A stretch of DNA of 64,000 bases. Source: Bdellovibrionales bacterium. Its GTDB lineage: Bacteria; Bdellovibrionota; Bdellovibrionia; Bdellovibrionales; UBA1609. The notes under the pieces were generated by a model. That model made no database searches. It saw only the letters and a program-made list of their open reading frames with translations, and was not told the origin of the DNA. Positions within the stretch are counted from its first letter, which is position 1; each line of letters begins with the position of its first letter. Location of the stretch: the NCBI GenBank assembly GCA_965219095.1, contig CBDCMT010000001.1:608001-672000 (forward strand). The letters run 5' to 3'. This document shows positions 44,425-57,936 of the stretch, in pieces. The translations under genes were made by a program, and so were the position numbers.

Positions 44425-45718
44425 GTAACTGTTCACTTAAATTCTAGTAATTTTAATGTTTAGAGAGGTATTCAGTAGCCATGTCAACGAAGGATAGATT
44501 CTGTTTTTTGGCCGTTCGAGCGACACTCATCATAACCTCTTGGTTATGTGCTCCCTGTTCTGAGCGATTGCAATAAGAGATTTTTCTCATAAGTACAGCA
44601 GGCCTAATTTCCCTCTCTCCATAATTGTTAGTGGGGTCTACTCCAGTCTTAATGAAAGTATAAATTTCATCTCGATATTTGACCAAACGTTTACAAAGCC
44701 TTTGTAAGTCATGGCTTCTGTATTTTTTTGATACCCATTTTCCTGTATCATGCATAAGCAGTTTGTATTTTCGATCGATATTCTCTTTACTTTCATATTC
44801 ATTTTGCAACCTTTTTCCCCTCTTGAAAAAAAGTTTGGCTCTCTTAGAAAACTGAGCAATTTCTTTGCTTCTAGGATGTTTTTCTTTTAGCCCATGAAGC
44901 TCCCTTAAAAGATGGGGCCAACATTTTTGCTTTTGACAGTCAATCTTGTTATAGGCAGCATAAAAATCTGAAACTAAAACTCCACGAAAAACTTCTCCAA
45001 GAACATTTTTAACCACATCTTGCGAACGAGTTTGATCAATCTTATAAAATGACACATCATCATTTGAAAAACTCCAGAGCCAATGACTGTTCCCATTCAC
45101 TCTCCATCCTGTCTCATCAGCATGCAAATGCCCCTGCTCCGATAACACGGACTTGATATCCTCGTAAGCCCCCTCAAACTTCCTTGCCGTACGACTTATA
45201 ATCTCTGACAAAACACCACGACTGATTTCCATACCATATTGATCAGACAAAAGATTTTTTATTTTACCAAAACTTAAACCCAACTCATATTTCCAATAAC
45301 ACACTTGAGCATGAAACTTAAGACCATAAAGACTCGCTCCCAACTTATCACTCACAGAAACCTCCTTGTTACAACAACTGCACCAACTCCAGCCTACAAT
45401 GTGTTTCGTGGTGATGACTTGACTTACAGGTGGTAAATCCACCTGATAGTGAACATGCCACTTATGAGAGGGAGGAAGATCAGAGTCACATTTACTACAA
45501 ACCAGTGGAGTCCAAGTGGTCTCCTGATCCGCTTCCTCAGGCCTTTTTCTTCGATGAACTTTATGACCCTTTTTAGGACCCTTCTTTTTTCCTTTTTTAA
45601 GGCTTCCATCTGGATTTTTATTCTTGTTCTTTTTGGCCCACTTAGGAAGCTTGCGTATTGATTGAAGCTCCTCTTTTAGCTTCTCATTTTCTTTTTTAAA
45701 ATGTTCATTATCTTTTTT

Positions 45719-45869
45719 TAAACGCTTGCGCTCTTCTTCTAAATGCTTGTAATCTTCTTCTAAATGCTCACGCTCTTCTTCTAAATGCTTGTAATCTTCT
45801 TCTAAATGCTCACGCTCTTCTTCTAAATGCTGTAATCTTCTTCTAAATGCTTGTAATCTTTTTCTAAAC
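45719..45869 (-). repeat. About seven 21-bp tandem units encoding coiled-coil heptads
   Basis: Alternating HLEEDYK and HLEEERE units; one unit is 20 bp. Confidence 0.9.
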
Positions 45870-45902
45870 ATTTTATTTCTTTTTGTGCTTTCTTAAGCAC
45901 TA

Positions 45903-46124
45903 TATAGTCCTTTCCGTTTAAGTTTTTAGAATCTAAAGGAAGAATTATCATATGAAACTATTTTTTAAAACAAATGACGATTTATCAATACTTTTGAATA
46001 AAAACTAGACCCTAACTCAAAAAATCTGAAAATCTAAACGAAAAACATCATATAGTGCTTCCGTTTAGGTTTTCATGTTTTTTCTCTAAAGAATCGACCG
46101 GAAAATCTAAGCGTATTCACTATA
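45903..46124. mobile_element. About 150-bp IS630-derived MITE plus an about 70-bp mini-IS630
   Basis: TA-bounded; the MITE recurs at 57786-57936. Confidence 0.8.
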
Positions 46125-46192
46125 TAACATTATAGGCATAGGAGCTTTTAGTGAAATTTCAACAATTTACTAGAATTTTTCTGAACAGTTAC

Positions 46193-46996
46193 GTTATTCT
46201 TTGTTGTTCTAGGAACATAGGATTTTTTCTGACGGGCACTGAGATTCTTTAGTTTCATAATTCGAGCTACTTTGTTTTCTCCAGCACTCACTCCGCAACG
46301 CTTTAATTCCCTATACACCCTGGGGGAACCATAACAGCCTTTATTTTTTTTAAAAATAGATTCTATGTTTTTCTCCAGATTTTTATCCTTTTCAAGCTTT
46401 CCCCTGGTTTTTAAAAAACTATAAAAACCAGAACGAGATCCTCTTAATAATTCGCAAATGCAAAGCACTGGATGCCCTTTCTCTTTTACATAAAACATAG
46501 CCTTAAATCTCATTTCAGGATTTCCTTTGAAAAAAAAGCCGCTGCCTCTTTCAATATACCTACACTCCGCCTCTCATAGACCAGCTCCTTTTTTAACCTC
46601 TTTATTTCCTCCAATGCCGAAGCCAAGTCATGGGAAGCTTGTCTTTCTACTTCAGGCTTTAGAAAACGCTTCCAAGAGCTTATCACTTGGAAATTTCTCA
46701 GTCCTAGCTTCTCTGAGGCTTCCTTTGCACCTATTTCCTCTGCCAATTGTAACTCGGTTTTTAAACCTCTCCTAACTTATACTGACTACACTTCTTTCAA
46801 AAAACCCTTTTAAAATCTAAGAAACATCCTCCCCACAGAAGTCAAGGGCTGTTAAGAAACCGACTTACTGCCAATTCAATGGCTTGCTTTTTAAACTCTT
46901 CCGAGTACTGTTTTACTTTTTCCATTCTTTCTTTTACCTCCATTTTATGGAGACTTTAAGAGAAAATTGACTGTCCGCAGAAACAGGGGAAGTTCA
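46193..46996 (-). mobile_element. IS3 left part, orfA interrupted by a MITE
   Basis: Matches 16133-16807. Confidence 0.92.
46749..46868. mobile_element. 120-bp IS66-type MITE
   Basis: GTAACTCGGTTT...AAACCGACTTAC ends, 8-bp TSD TGCCAATT. Confidence 0.92.
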
Positions 46997-47478
46997 ATCT
47001 TTTTACGCTTCTCAAGGCTTTTTACCTCTGCTGTCTTTAAAAACATCCCACACTGAGAACACTCTGAGGGAGAGACAGTCTCCTCACTGTTTGTATCTTT
47101 ACTGTTATCAAGTCTAGAGCCCTTTTTTTGACTCCCACTAGCTTTCTTATTACGATTCCCTTGACGACTAAAATCTTGCGAAGGAGGAAGACCGCTGTTG
47201 CTGGAATTTTTTCGAACCTGTTTTTCTAAAAGCACAACAATCAGAATGTTCACAACCTTAAAGAGAGATTCAAAAACCACAGAAATCTCAGTAGGCACAG
47301 AACCTTTCTTTGCAAGCTTATCAAAGTCACTTCTTATATTTTCAATCTCATTTCTGATGGAGGTCTTATTTATTGTCATTTGAAAAAAGTATTTAAAAGA
47401 AAATCTGTAAGAGCAAGACTTTTATCTTAAAACAGGTCTAAAGTTAGGGATAACTGAACAATGTAGGTGAGCAGTTAC
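46997..47478 (-). mobile_element. IS66-A 5' fragment
   Basis: Matches 41214-41695. Confidence 0.9.
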
Positions 47479-47970
47479 CATTTTTCTACATAGCAATAAG
47501 CCCCCAATAAATATTCACAAATAAAGACGGCTGTCTGTAGGAAAAGCTACTGCTTTTTCTTGAACAGTTGTATCAACAACTACATTCTCAAACTCTTTTT
47601 TTTTACAAAACCCTCTCTCAAAGCTAAATCAATGGTTTCCTCTAAGAGAACTTCTATCTTCTAAGCCCCCATCCTTTTTCTCCAGTTAGTCAATGAACTT
47701 CTATCACAGGGATCTTCATAAGAATAAAAAGGCTGACCACAAAAATACTGTCATTGAGGACTCTCTTTGAACATTTCTATTGTCTTCTCGTCACTTAAAT
47801 TATAAATGTATTTCAAGCACTGAAGTCCCACCATTAAACGAGTTGAAAGACCTGGACGACCTTTTTTCTCATCATAAATCAAGGGGGCTTCTCTTCTGTG
47901 TGGCGAACATATCTTTTGGCCTCATCTTTTTTCCTTTCTGTTTTGCAAGGTTTTTTATCTGTTTTTCCAT
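47479..47970 (-). pseudogene. IS5-family transposase pseudogene
   Basis: Minus strand reads GRPGLSTRLMVGL..LKYIYNLSDE...*QYFCG...PCDRSSLTNWRKRMG, then VVDTTVQEKAVAFPTD after a frameshift. Confidence 0.8.
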
Positions 47971-48294
47971 TTCCTTGCAATTATTTTTATGAAAAAATTA
48001 CAAAAAAACAAGTGTTTTTAGCTGTTTGTACATTTTTCACATTCGACTACATACAGTTTTGACGGGCCTTTTTTTAATAATTCATCTCAAAATGATTCTA
48101 AATGATTTGAGAATTTTTTTCCTTTTCAAATCAAATTAAATTGAATTTGAGGTGTTTATTTAACAAAGCCGTTGACGCTACTTTATATTGAAGAATGCCG
48201 TTTATATCATTCGTTTATACCATTGAAATTGTCTTGATTAAGCTTTTACTTTGGTATATGAAAGGAACATAGTATTAAGCGGAGGGAGATTGTT

Positions 48295-50857
48295 GTGTTT
48301 AGATCATTAATAAGAGTATTTTTTCTTATACCTTTTTTCTTTTCTTCAACCTATGGAAGAACTACTTCAATCGGTGAAATTAGTGAGAAGCTTGATTTTA
48401 GTTTCTATATAAATAACTATTTTGAGATTCCAATTGATACATTTAATAATCAATCTTATGATAAAAAATTTTATCATAATGATAAATATGGTCAATTGCT
48501 TTCTGATAACTATATAAGGGATACAAAAAATAAATTTTTACAAGAAGTGAGTTACGAAACGGAAAGAAAAAAAATAAAGTTAGTCCAGTTTTTATTTGAA
48601 CAGTGGAGATATGTTGAAACCTATAAAGTTTTTCGAACAGCCTATCTTATGGTAAATTTTTTAAGAACCTTTCAGTACTTAGATAGTAGCCAAAATGACG
48701 AACTTTTAAACAAGTTTGATTCTCTCGCTCCTTCAAATTTGCTTGTAAAATACCCTTTTTTAGAAAGATTGAAATTTTCCATACAATCTGAGATAAAAAA
48801 GAAAAGAACCAAAGAATTTATAGGTGATAACTTAGACAGAAAAGCAGGACAGATTGCTACCTATTATCTTCTTCTACGTTTAATAGAAGCAAAAAAAAAT
48901 TTTTTAAAGGAACGGTTTCCAGAAGATAGCCATCACTATGCGAATCAGATGTCAGAGCTTTTATTGTCAGAAGCTTATTTGAAACAGAGTGCTCCCATAC
49001 TCTTCACAGATACACTTCAAAATAAAGTAGAGCCTTATTATAAAAAAGAGTTAGATGACCTTTATAATTTCACAAAAAAACAGATTTATGAAATTTCAGA
49101 AAAAATAGCAGATATGCATACAAAAAAAAATGTTGAAAACTTACCAAAAGATGAAGATGAAGATGAGGGTATCTTCAATCGTCTTTTAAGTTCTGAAAAG
49201 CTTCAAAATATCATGGAAGCTCAAGAACTTAAGAAAGTTTTATCCAGTCGTATAATTGTCCAATTTACCAATCGTATTAGAAAAGCTCTCCCAGAAGCTT
49301 ATGAAGAGATTTTGAATTATCAGGAAGAAGTATTTGAAAGCAATAAAGAGATGATAGCATTTGATTTTATTCCCACTATTTCAAAGTTGATCTTTGAAAC
49401 AGAAGCTCTCCACACAGAAGAAATTGAAAAGCTGAAAAGAATTTCTTTGGAAGAACCTATTCGTCTTCAAATTGTAAGAGATTATCCTGAACTTAGAAAA
49501 ATTGATAGTTTTATTACGAATAAAAATTGGAGATTTTCTCAAGATGAAAAGTATTCAAATTTTCTTTACCTTGTAGGGGCTTTTGGATTGTCTATAGGGT
49601 TTGCCGGAAAAAAAATAGCAAAAAGATTTTTTGACTGGGTCAATCCCATAGTCTTAAGTAGTTTAAGAGGAGCTTTGTTTTTAGGGGTTGCGGGCTTTAG
49701 TTATCAATTTGCCTATCAGTCTTTTTATAAATCTTATTTGGATTATAAAAGAAATATGGATTTAGCACGTTCATCTGTTGATCAAAGAGGCCTTCTCACT
49801 ATTATGGAAGCAGAGTCAAAGGGCTTTTATGAAAATCTCATTATAGCTACAGTTCTTTCATCAATCCAACTTATTATATTAGCAACTATGGCAAGATCCT
49901 TGAACTTTCCTTTTCTCTCCTTTATGAGAACTTCTCAAAGTCAAACAGCTATACCCAAACAGCATAAGATAAAAGAGTATTTTAAAAAGTTAAGTCGTGA
50001 ATTGAAGCAAACCTTTTTTGGTCAAAAAAAGGGGAGCTATATTTTTAATTCTTATAAAATACCTCCTTCTTCTGTAAAAAATTTTCAAAGGATGAAGGTT
50101 ACACAAACACATAAAATTCAAGAGTTTTTTATTAAAATGATGGATGTCTATATGAAACCTGTTTTAAAAATTCCTTTAGCTTTTACAGGTTCTATTTACT
50201 ATAAAACTTTGGGCAGAAATCTTTTTAAAGAAAAGCTCTTTTATGCTTTTTTTATGGGAATGGTTTTTATTTTAATGTCCTCAGTTCAATCCTCTATGGT
50301 AACTCCTATTTATAGAAAAGTTTTTGATATTCTAGAATACATAGGAGTGGATGTTCCTCCTTACATTAAAAAACAGCTTGTAAATGTTTTTAATGACATA
50401 GAGAGAATGGCCTTTACAAATGCAGCAGTTTATTTAACACAGGATCGTGTTAATATAGGCCATGAATTACGTAGTATAGATGAGAAAAGAAAACAGCTTG
50501 AAGATTCAAATCTTACTGATGATCAAAAGCATATTTTAAGAGAGAAAATAGCAAAGAGTGAAACAAGCATACAATCCATTCTTAAAGTCCGTATTTATTT
50601 TTGGGTTAATTATAGGGAATATCGTAATGATCTTGAAAGATTTTTTGAAGCACATGGTTTTAAATTGAGTTTTTCTCCTTCAAAGGATAATTATGATACC
50701 ATTCAGCTTATCTATAGTCCTAAAGGTTATGATTCTTATAATGTGTCTTTAAAAAAGGAAGAAGCTGAAGTTGTGGATTTAACAGGGGAGAGTAGTGGAG
50801 AATTAGATGTTGTGAGTATGGGAGGTGTGACGTTGGAAGAACTTTTAGGGGAATTTT

Positions 50858-50886
<29 letters not shown>
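48295..50886 (+). CDS. Large hypothetical exported/membrane protein (863 aa)
   Basis: GGAGGGAG RBS before GTG, signal peptide, several central hydrophobic segments. Confidence 0.8.
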
Positions 50887-53254
<2,368 letters not shown>

Positions 53255-54403
53255 TTACTTCCCTTTTTCTAAAGTTTTTGAAACTTTCTGTAAACTTTCG
53301 TTTAAATTGTATATTTTATAACCTTCTTCTTCAAGACTTTCACCTAAAGCTTTTAGGGTTTTAAAAGTTATATCTTTTGTTACATGTCCCATATGACCGA
53401 TGCGTATAATCTTTTCTCTTAAATGACTTTGTCCACCTGCTACTGTAATGCGGTATTTTTTTTCCATTATATCTTTAACTTTTTGTCCACTAACACCTTT
53501 AGGCATTATAAGAGCTGAAACAGAAGGGGAGGGAGTTTCGGCTAAGGGTTTAAGACCAACACTTTTAGCCCATTCGATTGTGACGGAACTTAAAAGTTTT
53601 GTGTAATTGATTTTTTTCTTGAGATCTGATGATGTTTTAAAATCCTTTAAAGATTCCTTAAGAGCTAAAATGAGAGAAACAGAAGGACTAAAAGCTGTTT
53701 GAAAATTATCATTGGCTTTTTTTTCAGCCTTTAAATCAAAATAGTATTTAGGAAGACGACTTTGTTCTAAAAATTGAAAGGCCAAGGAAGATAGAGAAAG
53801 AAAGCTTAAACCTGCAGGTAATTGAAATCCTTTTTGAGAGCTTGCTAAAACCACATCTAAATTCCAATCGTCAGTAAGAATTTCTGTGGCTGTAAGGGCA
53901 GTGCTTGCATCAACACTTATAAGGATTTCAGAATTAAAGTCTTTTATGGTTTTTGCAAGGTGTTTTACATCATGTAAAACACCTGTACTTGTCTCACAAG
54001 CTTGAAAGAAAACGGCTTTTATTTTTTTCTTGTTTTTGAGGGCTTTTTTAAGGGCCTTTAAATTAACAACCTTTCCCCATTCAACAGAAAGAGTGTGGAC
54101 TTGAAGCCCAAAAACTCGACCTATATCCCTCCAACGTTCTCCAAATTTTCCAGAACAAATTACCAGAACTTCATCATAAGCGTTTAAAGTGTTAATGATG
54201 CTTGCCTCCATAGCTCCTGTGCCAGAGCTTAAAATAATGAAAACATGATTTCTTGTTTGGAAAGGAATTTTAAGCCCCTCTAGAACGGATTGAAAAAGGG
54301 ATTTAAAAGCTTGACTTCTATGATGCAGATGGCCTGAACTGATAAGAGCTTTTTGTATGTTTTTCGAAATGGGTACAGGACCTGGAGTTACAAGCTGATC
54401 CAC
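53255..54403 (-). CDS. Class V PLP aminotransferase (serine-pyruvate/alanine-glyoxylate type)
   Basis: TPGP, SGTGAME, ETSTG, SQK, IRIGHMG. Confidence 0.9.
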   Translation of the reverse strand: MDQLVTPGPVPISKNIQKALISSGHLHHRSQAFKSLFQSVLEGLKIPFQTRNHVFIILSSGTGAMEASIINTLNAYDEVLVICSGKFGERWRDIGRVFGLQVHTLSVEWGKVVNLKALKKALKNKKKIKAVFFQACETSTGVLHDVKHLAKTIKDFNSEILISVDASTALTATEILTDDWNLDVVLASSQKGFQLPAGLSFLSLSSLAFQFLEQSRLPKYYFDLKAEKKANDNFQTAFSPSVSLILALKESLKDFKTSSDLKKKINYTKLLSSVTIEWAKSVGLKPLAETPSPSVSALIMPKGVSGQKVKDIMEKKYRITVAGGQSHLREKIIRIGHMGHVTKDITFKTLKALGESLEEEGYKIYNLNESLQKVSKTLEKGK

Positions 54404-54440
54404 TTGAAAAACTTTAATTCTAAAGCTAACTTAAGTCAAT

Positions 54441-55010
54441 ATGCTTAAACTTTATTTTTGGCTTTTTATTAGTATTTTTCTGTATGGTTGTGCTTCTTAT
54501 CAATGGGGTTTTCACAATTACAGTCTTCCTGAAGGCTATCGCAAAGTGTCAGTTCCTTTGATGCAGAATAAAACTTATGAAACAGGAGCGGAGGTTTACT
54601 TTACTCAAGCTTTAAGAAGAGCTTTAAATCACATCTCTCAGTCTGTAAAAGTAACTTCCCATGGATCGGTGATTTTAAAAGGTGTTATCGAAGATATAAA
54701 GGTGTTTCCTACAGTCCAAGCCAAAGGAGCCACAGAGGAACTCTTTCGTCTCCCTCAAAACGCAACCCTTAACACTCGTTATAAGGTTGTTGTCAAAGTG
54801 AATTTAAAGCTCATAAAAAGTAATGATAAAAGTGTGATCTGGGAAAAAAATTTCCAAGGAGAAGAGTTGTACTCAGCTCCTAGATTGGAATCTCCTGTGA
54901 TCAATTCAGCTAACGCTCTCTACAACCTCAACGCACGACATAGAACTTTAAAGATTCTTGCAAAAATTATAGCACAAGATGTACAAAGTAAATTGTTTGG
55001 GGATTTTTAA
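54441..55010 (+). CDS. lptE: LPS assembly lipoprotein LptE
   Basis: Lipobox LYGC; position directly before holA. Confidence 0.75.
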   Translation: MLKLYFWLFISIFLYGCASYQWGFHNYSLPEGYRKVSVPLMQNKTYETGAEVYFTQALRRALNHISQSVKVTSHGSVILKGVIEDIKVFPTVQAKGATEELFRLPQNATLNTRYKVVVKVNLKLIKSNDKSVIWEKNFQGEELYSAPRLESPVINSANALYNLNARHRTLKILAKIIAQDVQSKLFGDF

Positions 55011-56006
55011 ATGAAACATCTGTTGTCACTCCGAAAAGCTCTTCAAAATTCTTCTCAAAAAGTGTTTATTTTAGAAACACAAGACATTTTTTTCACAAAA
55101 CAAGCCATGTCTATAATTAAACAAAGCTTAAATCTTGATTTTTGTGAAGAAGTTTTTGATATTGAAGACGGTGCTTTAGATAAGTTTTTTTTGAGTTTAA
55201 GAACTCCTCCTTTCTTAAACCCTAGAAAATTAATTGTGCTTTATGGCTTAGAACACCTCAAAGATCCTAGTTTGTTAGGAGAAAATCTTGAACGTTTAGC
55301 TCATTATAATATGGTAGTTTTATATGCCTCTCATTTAGATAGAAGAAAAAAAACATGGAACGCTTTTTTAAAAAAATATTTTGTTTTAAGTTTTCCTAAA
55401 CTTAAAAGTTATGAAAAAGCAGACTGGGTTCAGTGGCTTTGTCATCGCTATAAAATGGAAGTAAATAAAAGTCTGTGCGTTTGGTTAAGTTCCTTCCTTC
55501 CTGATGATTTAGGAGGAATTAACAGTGAAATTAAAAAAATAAAAACTTTTTTAGGCAAAAAAGAAAAAGAATCTTGCATTTTGCAAGAGAAGGATATAAA
55601 AGAAATTTTATTTAAACAAAAAAATGATACCTTATTTGACTTAGGCCATTTATTGGCTCAAAAAAACCTACATGGATTTTTAATTGCTATTAAAAAATTT
55701 TTAGACCAAGGAGAAAGCTCTGTCGCTTTGATTATTTTCTTAGCAAGGCATTTTCGCCTCCTTTTAAAAGTTAAAGAAGGTTTAGAGAAAGGTCTGAAAT
55801 ATAAAGCTTTAGCTGACTTTGTAAGAATCCCTCCTTTTTTCCTCAATCAATACCTTGATGAAGTTAAGCTTTGGAGTAAAGATGGCTTAAAAAACAATCT
55901 TATTGAACTTTATAATCTTGATAAAGAATTAAAAACAAAAGGTGCTTTATCAGAATTTTTATGGGATCGTTTTGCTCGTTCTAGAATCAAATTCTCCTTC
56001 GAATAA
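55011..56006 (+). CDS. holA: DNA polymerase III delta subunit
   Basis: TPPFL..RKL, EIKKI, LDKELKTKG; lptE-holA synteny. Confidence 0.85.
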   Translation: MKHLLSLRKALQNSSQKVFILETQDIFFTKQAMSIIKQSLNLDFCEEVFDIEDGALDKFFLSLRTPPFLNPRKLIVLYGLEHLKDPSLLGENLERLAHYNMVVLYASHLDRRKKTWNAFLKKYFVLSFPKLKSYEKADWVQWLCHRYKMEVNKSLCVWLSSFLPDDLGGINSEIKKIKTFLGKKEKESCILQEKDIKEILFKQKNDTLFDLGHLLAQKNLHGFLIAIKKFLDQGESSVALIIFLARHFRLLLKVKEGLEKGLKYKALADFVRIPPFFLNQYLDEVKLWSKDGLKNNLIELYNLDKELKTKGALSEFLWDRFARSRIKFSFE

Positions 56007-56347
56007 AATGACGTTAGATATTTTTTCAATGTCTATAACACCTAGGAAGAGATATCGACTTTAGACCTTAAAATATAGAGTTTTTATTAATAAATGGCCA
56101 AGTATTTTTTCTCTAACTCTCTACTGTCTTTTTCTTAAAAGAAAAAAAGCTTTACTTACTCCATACTTTTTGATAGAAATAGGGCCAGTATATCTTCCTG
56201 ATAACTTTGTCTCTTCTCTCACAACAAAACCACAATCAAATCAATTGACAACAAGACTATGAAATGTCTTGATTGAAGAACCCCCCCTTGAGATTATGAT
56301 AGAAAAAATGATTGCACTGAAGCACTTTAGTTAGGTATCATAAAATT

Positions 56348-56968
56348 ATGAGAAAAAAGATTTTTTTTGTACTTTTTCTTTTTCCCTTATGGAGTTTTTC
56401 TCACCCTGTTATCTACAAAGGAGGCTGGGTTTATTGGGGAGAGTTTAGTCAAAGTTCTAATTCACAGATAGTAAGTTATACATTCCACCCTCGGTTTTCT
56501 TTAGGCTTCAAGTCAGAGTATTATCTTGATCTTAATGAATACCGTGATTACAAATTAGCTTTTAGCATTCTTGTTAAAAGGTGGTATTTAAAGGACTCGC
56601 AGGCTAATGTCTATGCTTCTTTTTATGGAGGAAAGTTTCATCAAAAAGACGTTGATGGAAAAGTTTTACAATCTCAATGGGATGTGGACTGGGAGTCTCG
56701 CAGTTTTTATACAGCCTTTCAAACGTCTTTCCTTAAGTTTAAAGGAGAAGTTTTTTCTAAATATAGTTACCGCATAGGTTTTGCACCCTACGTTAGTGGC
56801 ATGGATGCTTTACAAACTTGGATGATCTTTCAAATTCGTTATTTTAAAAAATTAAAAAATGAAATAAACATAACTCCTATGATGAGGCTTTTTTATAAAA
56901 ATATTCTTTGGGAGGTTGGATCTAATTTAAAAGGGAGTTATTTTTTAACACTTATGGTTCATAATTAA
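56348..56968 (+). CDS. Hypothetical exported beta-rich protein, putative outer membrane
   Basis: Signal peptide then HPVIYKGG; aromatic-rich alternating pattern. Confidence 0.75.
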   Translation: MRKKIFFVLFLFPLWSFSHPVIYKGGWVYWGEFSQSSNSQIVSYTFHPRFSLGFKSEYYLDLNEYRDYKLAFSILVKRWYLKDSQANVYASFYGGKFHQKDVDGKVLQSQWDVDWESRSFYTAFQTSFLKFKGEVFSKYSYRIGFAPYVSGMDALQTWMIFQIRYFKKLKNEINITPMMRLFYKNILWEVGSNLKGSYFLTLMVHN

Positions 56969-56983
56969 ATTAAAGGGGTTTTT

Positions 56984-57274
56984 ATGAAAAAAATTATAAT
57001 TATTCTTTCCGTCATTCTTTGTATTGGAATTGTGAAGGCTCAGAACATTACCTTTCAAGTTCCAGGAATGGTTTGTCAGCTCTGCGTTCATGGGATCAAA
57101 AAAGGGTTTAAGGCTTATGTTAGAAACCCAGACACAGATATTAAAGTAGATTTGAAAAAAAAGACAGTTAGTCTAATCAATCATATCCCTATAACGGATA
57201 AAGAGATTAAGAAAATTGTTAAAGATTCTGGATATAATGTGGAAAAAATTGTTCGTAAGAAGTCTAAGTCATAA
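56984..57274 (+). CDS. Exported HMA-domain metal-binding protein (MerP/CopZ-like)
   Basis: Signal peptide; GMVCQLC; GY near C-terminus. Confidence 0.85.
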   Translation: MKKIIIILSVILCIGIVKAQNITFQVPGMVCQLCVHGIKKGFKAYVRNPDTDIKVDLKKKTVSLINHIPITDKEIKKIVKDSGYNVEKIVRKKSKS

Positions 57275-57286
57275 AGGATAAGCCTT

Positions 57287-57652
57287 ATAAAAAAAGTAAT
57301 TTCCTTTTTATCTCTTTTTAGTTCTTTAAGTACTCTTCTCTGTTGTGCTTTACCTGTTTTATTTGTGAGTCTAGGAATGGGAGCAACCTTTGCCTCTTTG
57401 ACAGCTTATTTCCCTCAAACCATTTGGCTTGTTGAACATAAAAATATGCTTTTTGTTATAACAGGAATTTTGCTCTTGTTCTCTTATGGTTTAATAAAAA
57501 GATCAAGGACTATGGTGTGTCCTATTGATTCTAATGCAAGAGATATTTGTCAATCCTCTAAACCTTTAACTAAAAAGGTGTTTTGGCTTTCTTTTGTGAT
57601 TTACATTGTAGGCCTTAGCTTCTCATATATTTTACCAAAGTTTATAATATGA
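57287..57652 (+). CDS. MerT-like small metal permease; frame extends upstream of the track start
   Basis: In-frame STLLCCALP, three TM segments, CP...C loop. Confidence 0.75.
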   Translation: MKKVISFLSLFSSLSTLLCCALPVLFVSLGMGATFASLTAYFPQTIWLVEHKNMLFVITGILLLFSYGLIKRSRTMVCPIDSNARDICQSSKPLTKKVFWLSFVIYIVGLSFSYILPKFII

Positions 57653-57718
57653 ATTACGAGAGATTCTATAAAAATATTTCATAATACCACCAAGATTCAG
57701 TTTGACAGTGCAACACAG

Positions 57719-57936
57719 GTAACTGTTCAGAAAAATTCTAGTAAATTGTTGAAATTTCACTAAAAGCTCCTATGCCTATAATGTTATATGATGTTTTTCG
57801 TTTAGATTTTCAGATTTTTTGAGTTAGGGTCTAGTTTTTATTCAAAAGTATTGATAAATCGTCATTTGTTTTAAAAAATAGTTTCATATGATAATTCTTC
57901 CTTTAGATTCTAAAAACTTAAACGGAAAGGACTATA
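57719..57936 (+). mobile_element. IS66-B left end carrying the IS630-derived MITE
   Basis: Inverted match to 45903-46052 and 46123-46192. Confidence 0.88.

Larger units (their letters stand above)
44425..46192 (-). mobile_element. IS66-B (single ORF 44453 to about 45900) inserted in IS3
   Basis: GTAACTGTTCA ends, TSD GTTATTCT; HADET, QKCWPHLLREL, PTNNYGEREIR. Confidence 0.92.

Noticed and set aside
45719..45869. CRISPR-like repeat
   Set aside because: Units abut with no unique spacers and encode transposase heptads
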